Below, one piece after another: positions 8,947 through 18,919 of a DNA stretch of 64,000 nt. Origin of the DNA: an uncultured Gemmatimonadaceae bacterium (lineage in GTDB: Bacteria > Gemmatimonadota > Gemmatimonadetes > Gemmatimonadales > Gemmatimonadaceae); NCBI GenBank assembly GCA_963843845.1, contig CAWJMB010000002.1, forward strand, positions 384,001 through 448,000, in the 5' to 3' direction. The notes under the pieces are model-generated. The model was not told the origin of the DNA. It searched no databases and saw only the letters and a list, made by a program, of their open reading frames with translations. How positions within the stretch are numbered: position 1 is the first letter of the stretch; each line of letters opens with the position of its first letter. Both the position numbers and the translations under genes were made by a program.

Positions 8947-9705
8947 ATGCTCCGCCGCTGCCTGCTCTCCCTGCTCGCCACGGTCGCCGCTGCACTCCCG
9001 GCCGCCGCCCGCGCGCAGACCGACACGACGCTGCACGCGTCGAACGTCTGGCTCGTCTACAACGGCACGCACGCGCTGTCGTCGCGGTGGGCGCTGCTCG
9101 TCGACGCGCAGCTTCGACGCACCGACTTCCTGTCGTCGCCGAAGCAGGGGGAACTCCGTCCGGCGCTGCGCTATCAGTGGACGCGCCAGCTCTCCACCGC
9201 CGTCGGCTACGCCTTCTTCCACACCTCGACGAGCACGCTCCTCGCCCAGGCGCTCCCCGTGAACGAGCACCGCGTGTGGGAGCAGCTCGCCTTCCGTCAG
9301 GGAACGCCCCGCCTGTCGGTGGAACACCGGCTGCGCCTGGAGCAGCGGTGGGAGCAGCGCGTGCAGCGCGTGAGCGGCACGCCGCGGATCACCGAGCGCG
9401 CCTACCAGAACCGGGCGCGGTATCAGTTCCGCCTCTCGCACCCGCTGCACGCCGGGCCGCTGTCGGACCCCGGCCCGTACGCCACCGCCGGCGACGAGCT
9501 GTTCTTCCAGCGGTGGGGTCCGACCGTCCGGCGCGCCTTCGATCAGAACCGCGGCTTCGCGGCGCTCGGGTATCGGTGGAACACGCGGTGGCGGGCGGAG
9601 GCGGGGTACATGAATCAGTACCGCGAGGCGAACGTCGGGAGCCGTCACGCGAGCGAGCACGTGCTGCAGCTCACGCTGTTCTCCGAGGTGCCGTTCCACC
9701 GCTGA
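8947..9705 (+). CDS. DUF2490-like outer-membrane beta-barrel protein
   Basis: Signal peptide; NEHRVWEQL, EHRLRLEQRW, NRARY, FDQNR..ALGY, EAGYMNQ. Confidence 0.85.
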   Translation: MLRRCLLSLLATVAAALPAAARAQTDTTLHASNVWLVYNGTHALSSRWALLVDAQLRRTDFLSSPKQGELRPALRYQWTRQLSTAVGYAFFHTSTSTLLAQALPVNEHRVWEQLAFRQGTPRLSVEHRLRLEQRWEQRVQRVSGTPRITERAYQNRARYQFRLSHPLHAGPLSDPGPYATAGDELFFQRWGPTVRRAFDQNRGFAALGYRWNTRWRAEAGYMNQYREANVGSRHASEHVLQLTLFSEVPFHR

Positions 9706-9793
9706 CACGCTCGGCCCGGGCGAGCCGCGCTGCCGATTTCGGCGCGGCTCGTGCGTCGCAGCGGGCGTTCGCCTCTCACTCGCGACCGGGCCC

Positions 9794-10360
9794 ATGCACT
9801 TCACGATCAACGGCCAGCCGTACGACGTGGACGTCGACGTCCGCACGTCGCTGCTCGATCTGCTGCGCGACCACCTCGGGCTGACCGGCACGAAGGCGGG
9901 GTGCAACCAGGGGGCGTGCGGCGCCTGCACCGTGCTCGCCGACGGCGAGCGCATCAACGCGTGCCTCGCGCTCGCCGCACAGTACGAGCGCCGCGCGATC
10001 ACGACGATCGAAGGGCTCGGGACGGTGAGCGCGCTGCACGCGCTCCAGGAGGCGTTCGTCACCTGCGACGGGTTGCAGTGCGGCTACTGTACGCCCGGCC
10101 AGCTCTGCTCCGCCGTCGGCATGGCGAGCGAGATCGCGCGCGGCGTGCCGAGCGCGGTGACGGCCGACCTCGCGCGCGGCGGCGCGATCGCGCTCGGCGA
10201 CGACGAGATCCGCGAGCGGATGAGCGGCAACCTCTGTCGCTGCGGCGCCTACAACGGCATCGTCGACGCGATCCGCGAGACGTTCGGCGGCGAGCGCTGG
10301 GCGCGGACGGGAACGCACGCCGCGGCCGTCGCGTCAGCTGCAACGGAGGGCGCGCGATGA
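9794..10360 (+). CDS. Xanthine dehydrogenase/aldehyde oxidoreductase 2Fe-2S subunit (PaoA/YagT-like)
   Basis: GTKAGCNQGACGACTV, LQCGYCTPGQ, GNLCRCGAY. Confidence 0.95.
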   Translation: MHFTINGQPYDVDVDVRTSLLDLLRDHLGLTGTKAGCNQGACGACTVLADGERINACLALAAQYERRAITTIEGLGTVSALHALQEAFVTCDGLQCGYCTPGQLCSAVGMASEIARGVPSAVTADLARGGAIALGDDEIRERMSGNLCRCGAYNGIVDAIRETFGGERWARTGTHAAAVASAATEGAR

Positions 10361-11364
10361 TCGAGTTCCGCTACGCGCGCGCGGCGGACGTGCCCGACGC
10401 CCTCCGCCTGCACCGGGACGCGACGAGCGCGCGCTACCTCGGCGGGGGCACGAACCTCGTCGACCTGCTGCGCGAGAACGTCGAGCGGCCCGACGCGGTG
10501 GTCGACGTATCGCGCCTCTCGCGCGAGATCGAGGCGCGCGCCGACGGCGGCGTCGTGGTGGGCGCCGGCGCGACGAACACCGCCGTCGCCGCGCACGCCG
10601 CCGTGCGCGCGCGCTTTCCCCTGCTCGCGGAGGCGATCCTGAGCGGCGCGTCGGGGCAGATTCGCAACATGGCGACCGTCGGCGGCAACGTCATGCAGCG
10701 CACGCGCTGCTACTACTTCTACGACGGCGCGGCGCGCTGCAACAAGCGGTCGCCGGGAGCGGGCTGCGACGCGATCGACGGATACAACCGCATCCACGCC
10801 GTGTTGGGCGCGTCGCCGCACTGCGTCGCGACGCACCCCTCGGACATGTGCGTCGCCCTCGCGGCGCTGAACGCGGTCGTGCATCTCGACGGGCCGACCG
10901 GGTCTCGCACGCTGGCGCTCACCGAGCTGCATCGCCTGCCCGGCGACACGCCCCACGTCGAGACGAACCTCGCGCCGGGCGAGCTCGTCACCGCCGTCGA
11001 GATCCCGGCGCTGCCGTCCGCGGCGCGCTCCACCTACCGCAAGGTGCGCGACCGCTCGAGCTACGCGTTCGCGCTCGTCTCGGTCGCCGCGGCGCTCGAG
11101 GTCGACGGCGGCACCGTACGCGACGTGCGGCTCGCGTTCGGCGGCGTCGCGCACACGCCGTGGCGGGCGACCGTCGCCGAGTCGCTGCTGCGCGGCGCGC
11201 CGGCGACCGAGGAGAACTTCGCGCGCGCCGCGGCGGCCGAGCTGGCACCGGCCGTGGGGCTCGCGCACAACGCGTTCAAGATCGACCTCGCCCGGCGCGT
11301 GATCGTGCACGCGCTGTCGGACCTCGCAGCGATCCCGGGCGCCAGCGCGGAGGCACACGCATGA
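10357..11364 (+). CDS. Xanthine dehydrogenase family FAD-binding subunit (PaoB/YagS-like)
   Basis: YLGGGTNLVDL, GASGQIRNMATVGGN, QRTRCYYF..CNKR, HPSDM, KVRDRSSYAFALVS; ATGA overlap. Confidence 0.95.
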   Translation: MIEFRYARAADVPDALRLHRDATSARYLGGGTNLVDLLRENVERPDAVVDVSRLSREIEARADGGVVVGAGATNTAVAAHAAVRARFPLLAEAILSGASGQIRNMATVGGNVMQRTRCYYFYDGAARCNKRSPGAGCDAIDGYNRIHAVLGASPHCVATHPSDMCVALAALNAVVHLDGPTGSRTLALTELHRLPGDTPHVETNLAPGELVTAVEIPALPSAARSTYRKVRDRSSYAFALVSVAAALEVDGGTVRDVRLAFGGVAHTPWRATVAESLLRGAPATEENFARAAAAELAPAVGLAHNAFKIDLARRVIVHALSDLAAIPGASAEAHA

Positions 11365-13667
11365 GTCTCGCGCAGCAGGCGATGGAGGCGATCGCGCGGC
11401 GCCTCCCCGACGCGCCGGCCGATCCGCTGATCCACGGGCGCGTCGCCGTCGGGCAGCCGCTGTCGCGCGTCGACGGCCCGCTGAAAGTCGCCGGCGCCGC
11501 GCGCTTCACGGCCGACGTGGCGCTCGACGGACTCGCCTACGCGTCGCTCGTCTGCAGCGCGATCGCGCGCGGCCGCATCACGCGCATCGACGACGCCGCG
11601 GCGCGCGCGACCCCGGGGGTGATCGGCCTCGTCACGCACGAGACCGTGATGCCGCTGAAGCCGCCGCCGCTCTACAACGACACGTCGAAAGGCGGTGCGG
11701 CGAGTCGCCTGCCGGTGATGCAGGACGACAGCGTGCGCTGGAACGGCCAGGCCGTCGCGGTCGTCGTCGCGGAGTCGCAGGAGATCGCCGACGAGGCGGC
11801 GGCGCTCGTGCGCGTCGAGTACGAGTCCGAGCCCGCCGCGCTCTCGTTCGACGCACTGCGGTCGACCGCCACGCCGCCGAGAGACATCCTCGGCGAGCCG
11901 CCCGAGGTGCGGCGCGGCGACGCCGAGCGCGCGCTGGCCGACGCCGCGGTGCGCGTCGACGCGACGTACCGCACGCCGCGTCACAACCACGCGGCGATGG
12001 AGCTGCACGCGACGACCGCGGTGTGGGAGGGGGACGACGCGGTGACCGTGTACGATGCGTCGCAGATTCTGCGCGAGGCGCGCTTCACGCTCGCGACGAC
12101 GTTCGGGCTGAAGGAGGAGCAGGTGCGCATGATCGCGCCGTTCGTCGGCGGCGCGTTCGGCGGCAAGACGGTGTGGAGCCACACGATTCTCTGCGTGGCC
12201 GCGGCGAAGATGTTCGCCCGCCCCGTGCGGCTCGTGCTGTCGCGCGAGGACATGTTCCGCGTCGTCGGCGGGCGGGCGGCGTCGGAGCAGCGCGTCGCGT
12301 TAGGCGCTCGTGCCGACGGCACGCTGACCGCGCTCGTGCACACCGGCGACACGGCGGTCGTTCGGCACAACGCCTTCCCCGAGCAGTTCTCCTTCCCGGC
12401 GCGCCACCTCTACGCGAGCGAGACGCTGCACGTCGCGCAGCGAACGGTCGCGCTCGACATCGTCGCGAACACGGCGATGCGCGCGCCGGGCGAATCGATC
12501 GGCACGTTCGCGCTCGAGAGCGCGATGGACGAGCTGGCGACGGCGTCAGGCATCGACCCGATCGCGCTGCGCGCGCGCAACGAGCCGACGACCGACCCGA
12601 CGAACGACAGGCCGTTCTCGTCGCGCCACCTCGTCGAGGCCTACCGACGCGGCGCGGTGCGCTTCGGGTGGCACGGTCGCACGCCGCGGCCGCGCGCGCA
12701 GCGCGACGGCGACTGGTGGGTCGGTCAGGGCGTCGCGACGGCCTACTACCCGTACTACCGACTGCCGGGCGGCTCGGCGCGCGTCCGCCTGACGATCGAC
12801 GGCCGCGCGGTGGTGCAGACGGCGGCGCACGAGATGGGGATGGGCACCGCGACCGCGCAGGCGCAGCACGCCGCCGACCGGCTCGGCCTTCCGGTCGACC
12901 GCGTGACGTTCGAGTACGGCGACACGCGCCTCCCGATCGCGACGCAGGCGGGCGGGTCGTCGCAGACGGCGAGCATCGCCGCGACGATCATCGCCGCGAC
13001 CGCCGCGCTCGTGAAGGAGCTGATCGCGCTCGCCGGCACGGAGTCGCCGCTCGCCGGCGCGTCGCCCGACGACGTGGTCGCGCGCGACGGCGGCCTCTAT
13101 CGCATCGAGTCCGCGTCGCAGGGCGAGTCGTACGCCGCGATCCTCGCGCGCGCCGGCCGCGAGTCGGTCGAGGCCGAGTCGAAAGCGCCGCCGCCGCTCG
13201 AGATGATGCAGTACTCGATGCACTCGTACGGCGCGCAGTTCTGCGAGGTGCGCGTGCACGACGTCACCGGCGAGGTCCGCGTCGCGCGCTGGCTCGGCTC
13301 GTTCGACGTGGGGCGCATCGTCAACCCGAAGACGGCGGCGAGTCAGTTCCGCGGCGGGATCGTCATGGGGATCGGCATGGCGCTCACCGAGGAGGGCGTG
13401 CTCGACGCGCGCACCGGCCGCGCCGTGAACGCGTCGCTCGCCGAGTACCACGTGCCGGTGCACCGAGACATTCCGGAGATCGACGTCCTCTGGAACGACA
13501 TCCCCGACCCGCACGCGCCGTTGGGCGTGCACGGCATCGGTGAGATCGGCATCACCGGCTGTGCGGCGGCGATCGCGAACGCGATCTACCACGCGACGGG
13601 GCGGCGGATTCGCGAGCTGCCGATCACCCTCGACCGCGTGCTGGCGGCGCCGGTGGCGGTGCGGTAG
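11361..13667 (+). CDS. Xanthine dehydrogenase family molybdopterin-binding subunit (PaoC/YagR-like)
   Basis: RVDGPLKVAG, FVGGAFGGK, MRAPGE, HEMGMG, AGGS, GIGEIG. Confidence 0.95.
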   Translation: MSLAQQAMEAIARRLPDAPADPLIHGRVAVGQPLSRVDGPLKVAGAARFTADVALDGLAYASLVCSAIARGRITRIDDAAARATPGVIGLVTHETVMPLKPPPLYNDTSKGGAASRLPVMQDDSVRWNGQAVAVVVAESQEIADEAAALVRVEYESEPAALSFDALRSTATPPRDILGEPPEVRRGDAERALADAAVRVDATYRTPRHNHAAMELHATTAVWEGDDAVTVYDASQILREARFTLATTFGLKEEQVRMIAPFVGGAFGGKTVWSHTILCVAAAKMFARPVRLVLSREDMFRVVGGRAASEQRVALGARADGTLTALVHTGDTAVVRHNAFPEQFSFPARHLYASETLHVAQRTVALDIVANTAMRAPGESIGTFALESAMDELATASGIDPIALRARNEPTTDPTNDRPFSSRHLVEAYRRGAVRFGWHGRTPRPRAQRDGDWWVGQGVATAYYPYYRLPGGSARVRLTIDGRAVVQTAAHEMGMGTATAQAQHAADRLGLPVDRVTFEYGDTRLPIATQAGGSSQTASIAATIIAATAALVKELIALAGTESPLAGASPDDVVARDGGLYRIESASQGESYAAILARAGRESVEAESKAPPPLEMMQYSMHSYGAQFCEVRVHDVTGEVRVARWLGSFDVGRIVNPKTAASQFRGGIVMGIGMALTEEGVLDARTGRAVNASLAEYHVPVHRDIPEIDVLWNDIPDPHAPLGVHGIGEIGITGCAAAIANAIYHATGRRIRELPITLDRVLAAPVAVR

Positions 13668-13789
13668 GGGCGCGTCGTCGGTGATCGGCGGCTGCGGCAG
13701 GCGACACCGACGACGCCGTCGTTGCGTCGCGCGCGCTCGTCGCGCTACCGTAGCGACTCCCCACCTCAGCGATCCTTCGACGATCCGTC

Positions 13790-15114
13790 ATGCGACGCCG
13801 ACAGTTCGTGCAGCACACGGCGGCGCTGGCCGCGACTTCCTGGCTCGCGGTGCCCGCGTTCGCGACCCCTGCGCGCCGCGCCGCGCCGATGCGGGTGAAC
13901 GCCGCCCGTCTGAACGCCTGGCTCGCGTCGTTCGACGCGATCGGGCGCACGGCGGGCGGCATCAACCGCGTGGCGTACTCGCGCGGCCGACCTCGCGGGG
14001 CGCGCGTTCACGCTCGACCTGTTCCGGCAGGCCGGCCTCACGCCGCGCGTCGACGTCGCCGGCAACATCGTCGGCCGCGATCGACGGCAGCGGGCCGTCG
14101 CTGAAGCCGATCCTCATCGGCTCGCACGTCGACTCGGTCACCGACGGGGGCAACTATGACGGACCGGTCGGCATCGTTCGGCGCCATCGAGGTCGCGCGG
14201 ACGCTGCTGCGAGCACGGCGTGCGGCTGCGCCATCCGCTCGAGGTCGTCGTCTGGCAGAACGAGGAAGGGGGCACGATCGGCAGCAAGCTGGTGATCGGC
14301 GACCTCGCCGACGCGGACCTCGACAAAGTCGCACGCTCAGGCAAGACGATCCGCGAGGGGATCGGCCTGATCGGCGGCGACGTGCGTCGGCTGGCGCGAC
14401 GCCGTTCGCAGCCCGGGCGACGTCGCCTGCTACATCGAGCTGCACATCGAGCAGGGCGGCCTGCTGGAGCAGGCCGGACTCCAGATCGGCGTCGTGCGAG
14501 GGGATCGTCGGACTCCGCTGGTTCGAGGTGACGATCACCGGCGTCGCGAACCACGCCGGCGCGACGCCGATGAACCAGCGGCAGGACGCGATGCTCGCCG
14601 CGGCGAAGTTCACCGTCGGCGTGAACGACGCGATCCGGAGCGAGCCGGGCCGGCAGGTCGCGACGGTCGGGCGCATGACCGTCACGCCGAACACGACGAA
14701 CGTGATCCCGGGGCAGGTCGTGCTCACGGTCGATCTGCGCGATCTCGACGCAGGACACGATCGAACGCTTCACGGCGCGCTTCGAGCAGCTCGGTCGCGA
14801 GATCGGCTCGGCGACGAGCACGACGTTCGCGTTCAGGCGCACCGTCGACAGCGCGCCCGCGCTCGCCCACCCGTCGGTCATGGCGTGGGTCCACGACAGC
14901 GCCGTGGCCCTGGGCCTCACGAGCCAGCGCATGCCGAGCGGCGCCGGGCACGACGCGCAGGAGATCGCGCGCATCGCGCCGATGGGGATGATCTTCGTGC
15001 CGAGCGTCGGGCGGGATCAGCCACTCGCCGAAAGAGTTCACGCGAGCGGACGACGTGGCGCACGGGGCCGACGTGTTGCTGAACGCGGTGCTCGCGGCAG
15101 ACCGAGGACCGTAG
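13790..15114 (+). CDS. Zn-dependent amidohydrolase (M20, allantoate/N-carbamoyl-amino-acid hydrolase type), Tat signal; frameshifted in this sequence
   Basis: MRRRQF Tat motif; GSHVDSVTDGGNYDG, WQNEEG, YIELHIEQG, ANHAGATPM, SGAGHDAQ spread over shifting frames. Confidence 0.88.
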
Positions 15115-15130
15115 GGCGTTCGATGCGACG

Positions 15131-15568
15131 TCAGCGCCGCGCCGCGAGCGGGTGCCGCCATCGGAGTCCGGGAAATCGCGCGAAGTCCCGGTCCGTCGTG
15201 ATCCACTCCGCGCCGCTCTCCAGGACGAGCGCCGCGTGGTAGGCGTCGGGCACGAGATTGCCGCGCGCCGCGCCGGACCGACACAGGTCGACGAAAATCG
15301 TCCAGTGGCGCACGCCGGGCCGCAGGGGGACGGCGCGCGGTTGCCGTCGCAGCGCGTCGACATACGCCAGCGCGTCGTCGAGCGGCATCGGCGGATCGAA
15401 GACGCGCGGATGTGTCAACACGCGTACGGCGCCGGAGAGCACGACCTCGGACAGCCCGACCGCTTCCTCTCCGCGCATGGCACTCTCCAGCCAGCCACGA
15501 AACTCGTCGTGTCGCTCGGCGTCGTCGCGGGCCGCGTAGACGATGACGTTCACGTCGGGGACGATCAT
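15131..15568 (-). CDS. vapC: VapC PIN-domain toxin
   Basis: MIVPDVNVIVYA, RVLTHPRVF, GNLVPDAYHAAL, ITTDRDFARFPGLRWRHPL. Confidence 0.93.
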   Translation of the reverse strand: MIVPDVNVIVYAARDDAERHDEFRGWLESAMRGEEAVGLSEVVLSGAVRVLTHPRVFDPPMPLDDALAYVDALRRQPRAVPLRPGVRHWTIFVDLCRSGAARGNLVPDAYHAALVLESGAEWITTDRDFARFPGLRWRHPLAARR

Positions 15569-15813
15569 CGTACGACGCGATCGTCGTCCATCACGTCGAG
15601 GAGGTCGGCGTGGCTGTCCAGATTCACGCCGGGACGTACTCCGCGTCCGCCTGTGAAGACGGGAATGATCGGCGCGGCGTCCGATGGCGCTGACGCGAGG
15701 ACCGCGAGGCGAACCGCCTCCTCGATGAAATCGTTCAGCGATCGTCCTCCACTCGCCGCCCGCGCCTTCGCCTCACGCAGCAGCGAGTCATCCAGCCGAA
15801 TCGTGGTGCGCAT
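15565..15813 (-). CDS. vapB: VapB RHH antitoxin
   Basis: MRTTIRLDDSLLREAKARAA..GRSLNDFIEEAVR; ATGA overlap with vapC. Confidence 0.9.
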   Translation of the reverse strand: MRTTIRLDDSLLREAKARAASGGRSLNDFIEEAVRLAVLASAPSDAAPIIPVFTGGRGVRPGVNLDSHADLLDVMDDDRVVR

Positions 15814-17113
15814 GTCAAAACGTAATGTCGTGACATTTAAATGTCAAGAATCGCGTGCGGCGGGTTCTCTGCTGTGTGCCCTGACTCTGTCGCTGTCGCT
15901 CGCTGCGAGCGCCGCGTCCGCCCAATCGAGTCGCCGACCGATCGCCGGCAGCGACTACCTGTATCTGTGGTCGTCGTCGGCCGACAGCGCGGGGGCGGAC
16001 TTCCTCGCCGTCTACGACGTGCGTGAGCCGTCGCCGCGCGAGCGTGGCGCCGCCGACCGCTACGGCACGCTCGTGACCACGATCGCCGTGCCGACGCGCG
16101 GCCACCGCACGCACCACACCGAGCACGTCATGCCGGCCGACGACCGGCTGTTCGCGAACGATTTCGGCTCTGGCCAGTCATTCGTGTTCGACCTCTCGAC
16201 GCCGACGGCCCCGCGCATCGTCCGACAGTTCGGCGACGTCGGCGCGCTCATGCACCCGCACAGCTTCTGGCGCCTGCCGAATGGCAACGTGCTCGCGACG
16301 TTCCAGATGCAGCACGACGCGTCAGGCACCGCGCCCGGCGGCCTCGCCGAGCTGACGCCGGCCGGCGACGTCGTGCGCGCCGCGTCGGCGACCGGCCCCG
16401 GGAGCGATCGTCACGCGCGGCCGTACTCGGCGGCGATCCTTCCCGCCCTCGATCGCGTCGTCGTGACGACGACCGACATGCACGCCACCGACTCGACGCG
16501 CGCCGTGCAGCTCTGGCGGCTGTCCGACCTCACGCCGCTCCGATCGATCGAGCTCCCCGCCGGCCCGCGCGGCGACGAAGGCTACTTCTCCGCCGAACCA
16601 CGCGTACTGGGCGACGGGCGGGTGCTCGTGTCGACGTTCAACTGCGCGCTCTACCTGGTGAGCGGCGTCGCGAGCGCGGCGCCGAGTGCCCGGCTCGTCG
16701 CGTCGTTCCCACGCATGGAGGGAGCGTACTGCGCGGTGCCGGTCCTGGCCGGTCGCTATTACCTCATCACCGTGCCGGCGTGGAACGCCGTCGTGAGCCT
16801 CGACGTGTCGGACCCGGCGCACCCGCGCGAAGTGTCGCGCCTGACGTTGGGCACGAACGACGTCCCGCACTGGATCGGCATCGAGCCGAACCACCAGCGC
16901 GTCGTCATCACCGGCTACCAGGCCATGAAGACGCGCGTCGTCATCGCGCGCTTCGACGAGACGAACGGGCGCCTCACGATCGACGACCGGTTCCGTGCCG
17001 CCGACGGCGACGAGGTGGGCCTTCGCATGGAAGGGATCGCGTGGCCGCACGGCGGGCGCGGCGCGGCGATCCCGCACGGCGCCGTGTTCAGCCGCCCGGC
17101 GCCTCGGCCGTAG
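15812..17113 (+). CDS. Secreted selenium-binding-protein (SBP56)-like beta-propeller (start uncertain)
   Basis: Signal-like LLCALTLSLSLAASAASAQ; DFLAVYD, HHTEH, HPHSF, AEPR, PHW, PHGAVF. Confidence 0.7.
   Translation: MSKRNVVTFKCQESRAAGSLLCALTLSLSLAASAASAQSSRRPIAGSDYLYLWSSSADSAGADFLAVYDVREPSPRERGAADRYGTLVTTIAVPTRGHRTHHTEHVMPADDRLFANDFGSGQSFVFDLSTPTAPRIVRQFGDVGALMHPHSFWRLPNGNVLATFQMQHDASGTAPGGLAELTPAGDVVRAASATGPGSDRHARPYSAAILPALDRVVVTTTDMHATDSTRAVQLWRLSDLTPLRSIELPAGPRGDEGYFSAEPRVLGDGRVLVSTFNCALYLVSGVASAAPSARLVASFPRMEGAYCAVPVLAGRYYLITVPAWNAVVSLDVSDPAHPREVSRLTLGTNDVPHWIGIEPNHQRVVITGYQAMKTRVVIARFDETNGRLTIDDRFRAADGDEVGLRMEGIAWPHGGRGAAIPHGAVFSRPAPRP
15819..15847 (-). promoter_or_regulatory. Sigma70 promoter and operator of vapBC (probably leaderless)
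   Basis: Minus strand TTGACA-17 nt-TACGTT, 5 nt before ATG; perfect palindrome TGACATTTAAATGTCA at 15831-15846. Confidence 0.8.
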
Positions 17114-17286
17114 CGACGCGATGAGCCGTCGGGGCGCGACGCCAGCCGGTCGTGCGCCCGAGCGGCCGCTCGGACGCCGACGCCGCGCGGCGTGGACGTT
17201 GCGATGGCCGCCGGTCGGCGCGCGCCACGCCGCGCAGTCACGTGCGCGCCCGCGACGACCCGCCCTTTCATTCCTCTCGGAGCCGC

Positions 17287-17643
17287 ATGCCACTGACCGA
17301 TTCGCAGCGCGAGCACCTCACGCGCCGCCTGCAGGACGAACGCAAGCGCGTGCAAGCGCTGCTCGCCCAGACGACGAGCGAGCTCGGCACCGCGGAGCAG
17401 GACGCCGCCGGCGACCTCTCGAAGTTCCCGACGCACAGCGCCGACGAAGGCACCGACACGTTCGACACGGAGCTCGACGCGCAGCAGGCGACGCGCCTCA
17501 CGAGCGAGCTGCAACAGATCGACGACGCGCTCGAGCGGATGTACCGCGAGCCCGAGTCGTTCGGCCGCGACGAGGAGAGCGGCGACGAGATTCCCTTCGA
17601 GCGGCTCGACGTGATTCCGTGGGCGCGGCGCACCGTGCGGTAG
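17287..17643 (+). CDS. DksA/TraR (YteA-like) family protein lacking Zn-finger cysteines
   Basis: Coiled coil with HSADEGTD tip; IDDALERM..FGRDEESGDEIPFERLDVIPWARRT. Confidence 0.85.
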   Translation: MPLTDSQREHLTRRLQDERKRVQALLAQTTSELGTAEQDAAGDLSKFPTHSADEGTDTFDTELDAQQATRLTSELQQIDDALERMYREPESFGRDEESGDEIPFERLDVIPWARRTVR

Positions 17644-17652
17644 CGAGCGGCG

Positions 17653-18651
17653 GTGATCGCGAGCGAGTCGGCGATGCAGTGGAAGAGTGTCTATGGTGGT
17701 GGGCGGCTGGATCGCGCAGGAGCGCAGCGCAAGGACGGTGACTGGAGCGCGGCGCAGCGGCGGCACCCGCACGCCTTCGTCGTTCCGCTCTGGCAGGACC
17801 GCTGTCTCGTCCGCGACGACGCGGCGATCCGGGTGCCGGCGCGATCGTTGGGCGCCGCGGGAGGGGCGTGCGGGCCGCCGACGTCGTGGGTGCTGTTAGG
17901 CGTCGAGCCGGACGGCGCCCCGCTGTTCGCGGCGGACCTCGGCGACGACGAACGGCAGCGCGACGAGCTGCTGGCGTCGACGACCGCGTCGCCGTCGACC
18001 GTCGGCCCGGCGACGAGCGCGGCGTTCGCCGACCTGCGCGGCGTCACCCCGCGCCTCTCGGCCGACGACGCGGCGATGCTCGCCTACGCGCGCGGCATCC
18101 TGCTCTGGCACCGCCGCGCGCGCTACTGCGGCGTCTGCGGCGCGCCGACCGAGGCGCGCGACTGCGGTCACGTGCGTGCCTGCACGAATGCCGCGTGCGG
18201 CACCGAGCACCATCCGCGCACCGACCCGGCCGTCATCATGCTCGTCGAGCGGACCGCGGACGACGGCGAGCGTCGCTGTCTGCTCGCGCACCACGGGCGT
18301 CTCGCGCCGGGGATGTTCTCGACGCTCGCGGGTTTCGTGGAGCCGGGGGAGACGCTCGAGGAGGCGGTGGTGCGCGAAGTCGGCGAGGAGACCGGCGTGC
18401 GGTGCGAGGCGGCGCACTACCGCGGGTCGCAGCCGTGGCCGTTCCCGGCGTCGCTCATGATCGCGTTCCGCGCGATCGCGACGACCGAGGCGATCACCGT
18501 CGACGGGACCGAGGTGCGCGAGGCCCGCTGGTTCTCCGCGGCCGAGCTGCGCGCCGCCGGCGAGTGGGGTGACGAGGGGACGACGCTCATGCTGCCGCGC
18601 CGCGAGTCGATCGCGCGGAGCCTCATCGAGGAGTGGTTGGCGGAGCGGTGA
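17653..18651 (+). CDS. nudC: NAD(H) pyrophosphatase NudC
   Basis: YCGVCG..C..C Zn ribbon, PRTDPAVIML, Nudix box GFVEPGETLEEAVVREVGEETGV, SQPWPFPASLM. Confidence 0.93.
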   Translation: MIASESAMQWKSVYGGGRLDRAGAQRKDGDWSAAQRRHPHAFVVPLWQDRCLVRDDAAIRVPARSLGAAGGACGPPTSWVLLGVEPDGAPLFAADLGDDERQRDELLASTTASPSTVGPATSAAFADLRGVTPRLSADDAAMLAYARGILLWHRRARYCGVCGAPTEARDCGHVRACTNAACGTEHHPRTDPAVIMLVERTADDGERRCLLAHHGRLAPGMFSTLAGFVEPGETLEEAVVREVGEETGVRCEAAHYRGSQPWPFPASLMIAFRAIATTEAITVDGTEVREARWFSAAELRAAGEWGDEGTTLMLPRRESIARSLIEEWLAER

Positions 18652-18695
18652 GCGGGGAGGGCGCGCCGCGCCGACGAACCCGCCCGTCCGCCCGT

Positions 18696-18839
18696 CCTCG
18701 TCCGTCGAACCGCATCACCGCGGTCGAACTGGAGTTGAACCGCGGTGATACGGCGGTGATACGGCGGTGATACGGCGGTGATACGGCGGTGATACGGCGG
18801 ATGAACGGCGGTGATGCGGACGAACTGGGGCGGACGAGG
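18696..18839. repeat. 11-bp minisatellite (GCGGTGATACG x5 plus 2 degenerate) within imperfect inverted arms
   Basis: Units from 18742; arms CCTCGTCCG/CGGACGAGG and CCGCATCACCGC/GCGGTGATGCGG. Confidence 0.9.
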
Positions 18840-18860
18840 TGGAGTGGACAGAGCGGAATG

Positions 18861-18892
18861 AAGAAACCCCCCGGGGATGATCTCCCGGGGGG
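18861..18892 (-). terminator. Rho-independent terminator of the large lipoprotein gene
   Basis: CCCCCCGGG/CCCGGGGGG stem followed on the minus strand by TTTCTT. Confidence 0.7.
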
Positions 18893-18919
18893 CTCCCTCC
18901 ACTGCCGACGAGCAGGTGC

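Noticed and set aside
18752..18795. GGCGGTGATA equals the lambda operator half-site
   Set aside because: Direct repeats rather than operator palindromes, no phage context, and the sister element uses a different unit.
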